From positions 1 to 8,560 of the forward strand of contig NW_021828400.1 in assembly GCF_006345805.1 (NCBI RefSeq): a DNA stretch of 8,560 bases. The letters run 5' to 3'. Positions within the stretch are counted from its first letter, which is position 1. Each line of letters starts with the position of its first letter. Both the position numbers and the translations under genes were made by a program. Of this stretch, positions 1 to 7,903 are shown piece after piece. Origin of the DNA: Octopus sinensis. Taxonomy: Eukaryota. The notes beneath the pieces were generated by a model. That model was not told the origin of the DNA. It did not search any database and saw only the letters and a program-made list of their open reading frames with translations.

Positions 1-420
1 GATGTTTAATCATTGAGGCGTGGCCATCCAGGAGCATTAATTGGTATATTCGATCGATCATATGAAACCCACTATTTCTCACTAGGTCTGGCGCATATTT
101 TAAGTGTATCTATTTGTGGAACTACTATATTCGGAAATGTAGCAAGTTTATCAGGTACTAACACATTTACAGCATGCTTCAATGATGGATTTTCTATATA
201 TACATACATACGTACACCAAGCTTGCTTGGTGAGGAGGGTTTTTACTGTACACCCTAAGGGATGAAAAACAAAATCCGTTAAAGGGTTGAGGAACTCTTG
301 AGAATCAACACCCATCCAATAAATGTGTAATTATATGTACTGTATATCTGATTTTACTCACTAATTTTTATTATTGTATATGTTTATAGTTTGCTTATTA
401 TATAAATTTTTATATACTTC

Positions 421-810
421 ACATACATACATACATACATACAAACATACATACATGCATACATACATGCAGAGAGAAAGACATACATACATACATACAT
501 ACATACATACATACATACATACAAACAAACATACATACATACATACATACATATATACATACATACATATATACATACATACATACAAACATACATATAC
601 AAACATACATACATACATACATACATATATACATACATACATATATATAATACATACATACATACAAACATACATACCTACATACATTACATTCATACAT
701 ACGAACATACATACATACACATGAACATACCATATTACTTACAAACATACATTCATACATTATACATACATACATACGAACATACATACATACATACATG
801 AACACGAACA
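421..810. repeat. Degenerate (TACA)n microsatellite, ~390 bp
   Basis: TACA tandem units with TAAA/TATA/TGCA-type variants; explains the MYVC/HTYI ORFs in the track. Confidence 0.98.
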
Positions 811-1081
811 TCTATTACTGGTTTTCTCAAATCATTTTATAAACAATAAAAATTGTGTCAGGATTTCAAGTATGTTTCACAAGAAGAGAATGTTTATATG
901 TTTTTAAGAATCTCAAAAATAGTTGATAAATTGAAAGAAAGAAAACGTTTTGGATTTTTTATTTCAAGGAAGTTCAAAATTTGTGAATCAATTTTTCCTG
1001 AAATAGAAAATTTAAACCCTGTCCTCTTCATATACTTTAATTAATCTGTACAATAAATCTCTGCCATCAGCTAAAAGGTGA

Positions 1082-1127
1082 TACATATATATATATATAT
1101 ATATATTATAATATAGATATATATATT

Positions 1128-1159
<32 letters not shown>

Positions 1160-1160
1160 T
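1082..1160. repeat. Compound (AT)n-(GTAT)n microsatellite
   Basis: Seen directly; counterpart at 6738-6842. Confidence 0.95.
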
Positions 1161-1222
1161 GGGGGCGTGTATGGAAAACATAAGATAGAGAATACTAAAA
1201 TAATTTTCAATCTTTGAGACTC

Positions 1223-1327
1223 TAGGCGTTAGAGTGGCTGAGTTGTAAGTAGCTTACTTACCAACCACCTGGTTCCGAGATCAGTCCCACTGTGTGGCAG
1301 CTTGGGCAAGTGTTTTCTCGGGCCAAA
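1223..1327 (+). mobile_element. tRNA-derived octopus-type SINE, 5' part only (3'-truncated, small internal deletions)
   Basis: TAGGCGTTAGAGTGGCTGAGTTGTAAGTAGCTT...TCAGTCCCACTGTGTGGCAGCTTGGGCAAGTG has an A-box-like GTGGCTGAGTTG and a degenerate B-box. It is homologous to the reverse copy next to it. Relative to that copy it lacks ACTATAGCCT and everything after CCAAA. Family recognised from memory, subfamily not assigned. Confidence 0.85.
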
Positions 1328-1505
1328 CATGTACATATTTACGACGGTTCTTCCTTCAGTTTCCGTCTACCAGATCCACTCACAAGGCTTTGGTCGGCCG
1401 AGGCTATAGTAGAAGTCACTCGCCCAAGGTGCCACACAGTGGGACTGAACACGTAACCATGTGCTTGGTACGTAAGCTATTTAACACATACCCCAACCCC
1501 GCCTA
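1328..1505 (-). mobile_element. tRNA-derived octopus-type SINE, near full length
   Basis: Reverse complement reads ...GTTCAGTCCCACTGTGTGGCACCTTGGGCGAGTGACTTCTACTATAGCCTCGGCCGACCAAAGCCTTGTGAGTGGATCTGGTAGACGGAAACTGAAGGAAGAACCGTCGTAAATATGTACATG, with B-box-like GTTCAGTCC and an AT/GT-rich tail. Confidence 0.88.
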
Positions 1506-1933
1506 TATTTCGAAGTTATCTCCGCTTTCTTGCTATCGAAATTAAATCCGGCAAAAGAAAATTTGGAATTAATTGGAACCCGGATACGTTGCTACCGTTT
1601 AAAACTAAACTGAGGTAAGGCATTTAATTTCATTTGGGACCATTTAACGCTTGAATGAACATCCTTCATCTCTAAACTCTGTCTGTGTGTCTATAAATTA
1701 ATAATACGATATTAATTATCGTAGATGTGCGTGATCCAAATTATGAGATCAGGAAATTAATGCTTTTGTTTTTGATTATGAAACTTACAAGGGCGTGGCC
1801 GCTTTGTGGCGGGAACAGAGATGGAGGTAACACAGAGTAGGGTCTCTGTTCAATTAGCCTGAAATGGTAGGGTTTTGTGTATATGTTTTAACAAGGGTGG
1901 ATTCTCCGCTGTGGAAACTGGATACCATTTATT

Positions 1934-2078
1934 TAAGAAGAGTGGTCCTGGGGCGCGCCCTCGCATACTCGCGCATCCTCGCTAGCTAGTCGTGACTAGT
2001 CGATCCTACAACAACACCTAGCAAAGTAAATGAAACACAAAAACACAAAGTAAGGATCGACAAGTCCCGACTAACTAG
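1934..2078. mobile_element. Truncated copy of the MITE-like hairpin element (left arm, spacer, first 26 bp of right arm)
   Basis: Left arm 1935-2007, spacer 2008-2052 and partial right arm 2053-2078 match 7621-7765. Confidence 0.75.
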
Positions 2079-2248
2079 TCATCTATCCTTAGTGTCCTCA
2101 TTGACCACCAGATAAGGGATCGGGGGACCCTGCGAAAGCTTTCTCCATGTCAACAAAAGCCAGTACAGGGGCTTATCTTTTGTAGGTATTTCTCCTGCAG
2201 CTGCCTTAACCAGGAATATAGCTTCAGTGGCACTTTCCCTGGCACGAA
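2071..2248 (-). mobile_element. RTE-clade LINE ORF2 reverse transcriptase fragment (frameshifted)
   Basis: Joining frames on the minus strand gives FVPGK/SATEAIFLV/RQLQEKYL/KDKPLY/AFVDMEKAF/RVPRSLIWWSMRTLRID. This is the non-LTR RT pattern FxPGxSTxxAIFxxRQLxEK...AFVDxEKAFDRV. Five single-base indels are needed. Confidence 0.88.
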
Positions 2249-2250
2249 AA

Positions 2251-2408
2251 TGTATACATATACATACCCACACACCACACACCACACACACACACATATA
2301 TATATATATATAATGTATATATATATGTATAATATAATATAAATACATACACATATATATTACACACACACACACACATATATATATATGTATATATATA
2401 TATATATC
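2251..2408. repeat. Compound (CA)n/(TA)n microsatellite
   Basis: Seen directly. Confidence 0.95.
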
Positions 2409-2730
2409 GTATCTAGGTTAGTTGAAATATGTTTCTGATATATATCCACTGTTGATCGACAAGGTGAAAAGGTATTAAAACAAGATATGTGTCCAGTTCC
2501 GCCATCTCAACAACGAAAGTGCTAGAAACATCGTCTGTGATCCTGGCACTGGACAGAAATGGTGTTTTTATATACTTTTAGGTGAAGGGAGAATTCTCAC
2601 CACGTTGTAACTGCTGTAAATTTGCCTTTTAACAGTTGAAATATATATTAACTAGAATAAAATTTGCATAATACTGGAAAATTTTAATGAACGGGCAATA
2701 TTAATATTAATTAATAATTCATGTAATGAC

Positions 2731-2786
2731 ACGATGATGTTGATGATAGTGACTACAACTATAATGGTAGTGACGGTGGTGGGGTG
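2731..2786. repeat. Degenerate (GAT)/(GGT) trinucleotide tract
   Basis: ACGATGATGTTGATGATAGT...GGTAGTGACGGTGGTGGGGTGG. Confidence 0.7.
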
Positions 2787-2987
2787 GATGTATTCAGTTT
2801 TATACTGAAAAATATAAAAATACTTGAAAACAATTGTTTAGAAAAACAAAACACTTCAGATGGCCAGAATTGTCGATGGAATAGTTATCAGCATCCACCA
2901 GTGTCACATTTGGAGTGTCAGCACTTAAGAAGAAAAACAAAATGCGAAACTGCTATCAACGGATGCCATCTGCACTGAGTATTAGAA

Positions 2988-3064
2988 ACACAAAGACACA
3001 CACACAGACACAGACACAGACACACACACACACACACACACCACACACATGCACACACACACAG
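2988..3064. repeat. (CA)n/(CAGACA)n microsatellite
   Basis: Seen directly. Confidence 0.95.
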
Positions 3065-3195
3065 ACGTGATGTGTTTGCCTGTAAACTCAAGTGGTTGTT
3101 AAGCAAAGGATGGGTGGACAAATTTTGTATCACAGAAATACAATGTATTTATTTACAAAAAAGCGAACCAATATTTTAGCACACACTAACTCATG

Positions 3196-3228
3196 TCTAT
3201 CTATCTATCTATGTATCTATCTATCAAT
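3196..3228. repeat. (CTAT)n microsatellite
   Basis: Seen directly. Confidence 0.9.
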
Positions 3229-3243
3229 CTCTCTACTAATATA

Positions 3244-3678
3244 TCATCATCGTCATCATCATCATCGTTTAACGTCCGTTCTCCATGCTAGCATGGGTTG
3301 GACGGTTCGACCGGGGGTTCTGGAAGCCAAGGCTGCACCAGGCTCCAGTCTAATCTGCAATGTTTCTACAGCTGGATGCCCTTCCAGCGCCAACCACTCC
3401 GTGAGTGTAGTGGGTGCTTTTTACGTGCCACCTGCACAGGGTGCCAGGCGGGGCTGGCAACGGCCACGGTCAGATTGGGTATTTTATGTGCCACCGGCAC
3501 GGAACCAGTCGAGGCGGTGCTGGCATCGGCCACGAGTCGGATAGTGCTTTTTACATACCACCAGACCAGGATCCTGGCTGGTTCAATTCGATTCGATTTC
3601 GCTTGCCCCAACATGTCTTCACAAGCAAAGGGGGTTGGCAAGGTGCCTGTCGTACGGTCGCATTGGAGTCGTACGGTA
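3244..3678 (-). mobile_element. RTE-type retroposon 3' end (LINE 3' UTR or RTE-mobilised SINE) with (GAT)n tail
   Basis: Minus strand reads GGTGGCACGTAAAAAGCACCCACTACACTCACGGAGTGGTTGGCGCTGGAAGGGCATCCAGCTGTAGAAAC...CCCATGCTAGCATGGAGAACGGACGTTAAACGATGATGATG. It has a simple-repeat tail, typical of the RTE clade, and a perfect 14-bp palindrome CCATGCTAGCATGG (3283-3296) just before the tail. It is GC-rich against the AT-rich background. Family assignment from recalled similarity. Confidence 0.78.
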
Positions 3679-3680
3679 TG

Positions 3681-3738
<58 letters not shown>

Positions 3739-3855
3739 ATATATATTTACATCATGTCCTGTGTGTATATCATTCTACACTCGATATTTCAAAATGCATA
3801 TATATATACATGTAAATATATATATATAGATGTACATATATATATATTATATATA

Positions 3856-3899
<44 letters not shown>

Positions 3900-3934
3900 A
3901 TACGTTCAACAACGTTCTATATAATATATATATG

Positions 3935-3974
<40 letters not shown>

Positions 3975-4049
3975 CTATTCTATTTTCTCACTTGACCGCT
4001 GGTGCCAGAAAATTTTTCTTGAATTTTATGTTACCCTTATATTGATTGA

Positions 4050-4111
<62 letters not shown>

Positions 4112-4200
4112 TATATGTATATATATTTACATGTATATATATATGCATTTTGAAATATCGATGTATAGAATGATATACACATATGCATAAAACTATATAT
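3679..4200. repeat. (AT)n array complex containing an ~80-bp inverted duplication (3762-3840 / 4102-4181)
   Basis: TGTGTATATCATTCTACACTCGATATTTCAAAATGCATATATATATACATGTAAATAT... recurs as its reverse complement. The ORF track shows the same peptide [16 protein letters not shown] on + (3298..3861) and - (3988..4188). Confidence 0.93.
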
Positions 4201-4366
4201 GCATTATGCATATACGGGATTGTCAAGCTGCTATTTCTGTTTGGTTAGTAATTAAAGAGATAACTTCTGTTTGAAGTAATAAAGATAATTACAATGTTTG
4301 TGCTGAAAGAGAATCCTGTATTTGCCATAATTAGTCATCTTCATAATTAAGGTGGCGGCTGACAGA

Positions 4367-4428
4367 ATATATATATTATATATATAATATAATATACATA
4401 TATAGACACATACAGACACACATATACA
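4367..4428. repeat. Compound (AT)n/(CA)n low-complexity tract
   Basis: Seen directly. Confidence 0.85.
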
Positions 4429-5238
4429 TGAGGAGGTCGTGCCTACTACTTCCTGATTCATTAGAAGTTTCCTTTTAACTGTTGGTAGTGTCACATTTTC
4501 CTCGTCGTTTGAACAAAGCGGACGCTGAAATTTTCTGAGAGAGAAAGACTTCAACTCGAACCAGGACATAATCTTCGAATTTGGTAAATAATTTTCTTTT
4601 GATATATATTTGTTTAACACAAATGTTCATCTAATGATTCAATATTTTAGGTAGTTAACACTGGTTTCTAACTCTCGAGTGAATTTAAAATATTGTTTTT
4701 TTGATAACTTCTTTTTTTCAAAGCTTAGTCAGCGAGAATTTTATATCCTATCCACGCATTTCATCTCATAAATATAGGTCTACATTAATATAGGGATTTC
4801 AACTCATAAATTATGGACTACATTAAATACTGCAAGGCCTCGCGTCCAATATCTATTCCAGAAGACCACCACTTCAGACTGGTATTTATTTTAAAACACG
4901 TTCATAATAAAAATCAAAATTGACCTTAGCAAGATTTGAAACAAGAATACAAAGAGTTACATTATACCAATAAACAACTCTACTACTTTTTATCTCTTTC
5001 GTCTTTCAATCATGACATTTTTAAATGATTTTATTTCAATTTTAAAATGTGAATAATTATAAACAGTAATATGAATCAACAAGGAGTGTCTGAAATGTAA
5101 GCGCGAGGTTAACATATTAGATAAAAAAGAATATGGGAAGGTTGTGGTTAGAACGCCTTTGGTCATGTGTTCCTGGTATAGAATTAACTCAGTTAAACAT
5201 ACAATAAAGTTAAGAAGATTATTAGTTTTATAGATTAC

Positions 5239-5290
5239 ATTTACAGCATGCTTCAATGATGGATTTACAGCATGCTTCAATGATGGATTT
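5239..5290. repeat. Perfect 24-bp tandem duplication ATTTACAGCATGCTTCAATGATGG x2 (+ATTT)
   Basis: 5239-5262 equals 5263-5286; single copy at 165-188. Confidence 0.97.
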
Positions 5291-5485
5291 TCTATACATA
5301 CATACATACGTACACCAAGCTTAGTTAGTGAGGAGGGTGTTTATTGGACAAGAAAAACAAAACCCGTTAAAGGGCGGAGGAACTCTTGAGAATCAACAGC
5401 CATCCAATAAATGTGTAATTTTATTTTTACTGTATATCTGCCTTTTTCTGACTAATTTTTATATATAGAATATTTTTATATGCTT

Positions 5486-5699
5486 TACATACAAACATAG
5501 ATACAGACATATAGACATACATTCATACATACATACATACATACATACAAACATACATACATACATGCATACATACATACATAAATACATGCATACATAC
5601 ATACATACATACATACATGCATACATACGTACATACATGCATGCATGTATGCATACATACATACATACATACATACATACATACATACATACATGCATG

Positions 5700-5730
<31 letters not shown>

Positions 5731-6440
5731 GAACACGAACATATATACATACATACATAACTACATACATATACGCACACATACATACATACGTACATAC
5801 ATACATACAACATACATACATACATAAATACATACATTCATTCATACATACATAACTACATACATACATACAAATATACAAACATACATACATACAAATA
5901 TACATACATACATGCATACATACATACATACATACATACATAGATACATACATACATACATACAAACATACATACATACAGACATAGATACATCCATACA
6001 TACAAACATACATACATACATACAAACATACATACATACATACATACAGACAGACAGATAGACATACATACATACATACATACAAACATACATACATACA
6101 TACAAATATACATTCATACATACATACATATATGAACACGAACATATATACATACATACATAACTACATACATATACGCTCAAATACATACATACGTACA
6201 TACATACATACACACACATACATACATACAAACATACATACATAAATACATACATTCTTTCATACATACATACCTACATACATACAAATATACATACATA
6301 CATACATACATACATACAGACAGACATAGATACCTCCATATATACAAACATACATACATACATACAAACATACATACATAGAGACATACAGTTAGACATA
6401 CATACATACATACATACATACATACGTGAACACGAACATA
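5486..6440. repeat. Degenerate (TACA)n microsatellite, ~950 bp, with higher-order structure
   Basis: TACA units; the marker motif RTGAACACGAACAT recurs at 5729, 6132 and 6426. Confidence 0.98.
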
Positions 6441-6735
6441 TACTTTTATATTCACAGTTGAGCTGGTTTTCTCAAATCATTTTATAAACAATAAAAATTG
6501 TGTCCAGGATTTCAAGTATGTTTACAGAAGAGAATGTTGATATGTTTTAAAGAATCTCAAAAATAGTTGATAAATTTGAAAGAAAGAAAATGTTTTGGAT
6601 TTTATATTTCAGGAAATTTCAAAATTTGTGATTCCATTTTTCCTGAATAAAAATATAAAACTTTTTCACTTCATATACTTTAAGTTAATCCATACGATAT
6701 ATCTCTGCCTTCAGCTAAAAGGTGGTATTTACAGT

Positions 6736-6737
<2 letters not shown>

Positions 6738-6769
<32 letters not shown>

Positions 6770-6792
6770 ATATATATATATTATATATATAT

Positions 6793-6823
<31 letters not shown>

Positions 6824-6842
6824 TATATATGTATATATATAT
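6738..6842. repeat. (AT)n/(GTAT) microsatellite
   Basis: Seen directly; counterpart of 1082-1160. Confidence 0.95.
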
Positions 6843-6904
6843 GAGAGCGTGTAAGGAAAATATAAGATAGGGAATTCTAAAATAACTCTCAGTCTTTGAG
6901 ACTG

Positions 6905-7009
6905 TAGGCGTAGGAGTGGCAGAGTGGTAAGTAGCTTGCTTACCAACCCCCTGGTTCCGAGATCAGTCCCACTGTGTGGCAGCTTGGGCAAGTGTTTTCT
7001 CGGGCCAAA
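6905..7009 (+). mobile_element. tRNA-derived SINE, 5' part (copy B)
   Basis: A-box-like GTGGCAGAGTGG at 6916-6927; same deletions and same mutated B-box (GAGATCAGTCC) as 1223-1327. Confidence 0.87.
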
Positions 7010-7010
7010 G

Positions 7011-7187
7011 ATGTACATATTTACGACGGGGCTTCCTTCAGTTTCCGTCTACCAGATCCACTCACAAGGCTTTCGTCGGCCGAGGCTATAGTAGAAGTCA
7101 CTCGCCCAAGATGCCACGCAGTGGGACTGAACCCGGAACCATGTGATTCATACGCAAGCTACTTAACACATACCCCAACCCCGCCTA
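7011..7187 (-). mobile_element. tRNA-derived SINE, near full length (copy B)
   Basis: Reverse complement contains GGTTCCGGGTTCAGTCCCACTGCGTGGC with an intact B-box-like motif; counterpart of 1328-1505. Confidence 0.88.
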
Positions 7188-7619
7188 TATTTCGAGAGTT
7201 ATCTCCGCTTACTTGCCATCGAACTTAAATCCGGCAACAGAAAATTTGAAATTAATTGGGACCCCGGATCCGTTGCTACCGTTTAAAACTAAACTGAGGT
7301 AAGGCATTTTAACTTCATTTGGGGCCGTTTAACGCTTGAATGAACATCCTTTAATCTTAAACTTCAGTCTGTGTGTCTATAATTTAATGATACGATATTA
7401 ATTATCGTAGATGTGCGTGATCCAATTATGAGATCAGGAAATTAATGCTTTTGTTTTTGATTATGAAACTTACAAGGGCGTGGCCGCTTTGTGGCGGGAA
7501 CAGAGATGGAGGTAACACAGAGTAGGGTCTCTGTTAAGCCAGCCTGAAATGGTAGGGCTTTGTGTATATGTTTTAACGAGGGTGGATTTCTCCGCTGTGG
7601 AAACTGGGTACCATTTATT

Positions 7620-7813
7620 TAAGAAGAGTGGTCCTGGTGCGCGCACTCGTTTACTCGCGCAACCGCGCTAGATAGTTGTGACTAGTCGATCCTACAACCA
7701 CTACCTAGCAAAGTAAATGAAACACAAAAACCCAAAGTAAGGATCGACTAGTCACGACTAGCTTGCTCGGATGCGCTTGTACGCGATTGCGCGCACCGGG
7801 ACCACTCGTCTTA
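7620..7813. mobile_element. MITE-like non-autonomous element with 73-bp inverted arms
   Basis: 7621-7693 pairs with 7740-7812 at 61/73 positions with no gaps, around a 46-nt A/C-rich spacer. Flanks read as TA...TA, or as TTAA(7619-7622)...TTAG(7811-7814). No coding capacity. Confidence 0.7.
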
Positions 7814-7857
7814 GGTTGTACCCTGTAAATTAATGTGTGTCTATAAATTAAAACTTA

Positions 7858-7858
<1 letters not shown>

Positions 7859-7899
<41 letters not shown>
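7859..7899. repeat. (TG)20 microsatellite
   Basis: Perfect dinucleotide array. Confidence 0.99.

Positions 7900-7903
<4 letters not shown>

Larger units (their letters stand above)
163..2078 (+). repeat. Direct segmental duplication, copy A (partner 5237-7765)
   Basis: Colinear match by eye from ACATTTACAGCATGCTTCAATGATGG (163 vs 5237) through the TACA array, AT array, SINE pair and unique spacer to the hairpin element. 1705-1850 matches 7391-7535 with a single indel. Homology stops at ~2078. Confidence 0.95.
5237..7765 (+). repeat. Direct segmental duplication, copy B (partner 163-2078)
   Basis: Same order of modules as copy A; about 600 bp longer, mostly because of the larger TACA array. 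Confidence 0.95.

Noticed and set aside
228-270. Possible degenerate hammerhead ribozyme / Penelope-like terminal repeat (TGGTGAGG-AGGGT...ACCCT...GAAA); also CTGATGG on the minus strand near 1063-1071
   Set aside because: The catalytic core CUGANGA...GAAA is not intact, no stems I/III are evident, and copy B has lost the stem partner. An Infernal search with Rfam hammerhead models would be needed.
361-811. Long ORFs of MYVC/HTYI repeats (also 5459-6455, 3635-3861, 3988-4188, 6680-6870)
   Set aside because: Translations of stop-free (TACA)n and (AT)n microsatellites, not genes.
820-1044. ORF 853..1044 as a possible Penelope GIY-YIG or LINE C-terminal remnant
   Set aside because: No diagnostic motif, and the frame is not preserved in copy B.
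2069-2080. Helitron-like 3' end (hairpin then CTAG|T) suggesting the duplicated cassette is a Helitron
   Set aside because: The CTAG is explained by the hairpin arm/RT overlap, copy B continues past this point, and no A|TC 5' end is present at 163 or 5237.
2855-2978. Candidate small exon: minus-strand pyrimidine tract + AAG at 2924 then ADTPNVTLVDADNYSIDNSGHLK; or plus-strand Cys-containing ...KCETAINGC
   Set aside because: Splice donor is weak or absent and there is no convincing domain match; would need RNA-seq.
3092-3861. Overlapping 90-190 aa ORFs on both strands
   Set aside because: They arise from the GC-rich retroposon 3' region plus flanking microsatellites; no recognisable domain.
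4348-4368. TAAGGTGGCGGCTGACAGAAT resembling the 5' tip of another octopus SINE
   Set aside because: Only 21 bp, imperfect, and based on recalled consensus.
4430-4620. Candidate exon (minus ORF 4252..4620, or plus-strand segment ending at TTTG|GTAAAT, 4582)
   Set aside because: No matched acceptor/donor pair with an open frame and no recognisable protein motif.
421-6440. CRISPR-like or prokaryotic features
   Set aside because: No constant-length repeats with unique spacers and no operon-like coding density; the sequence is clearly eukaryotic repeat DNA.
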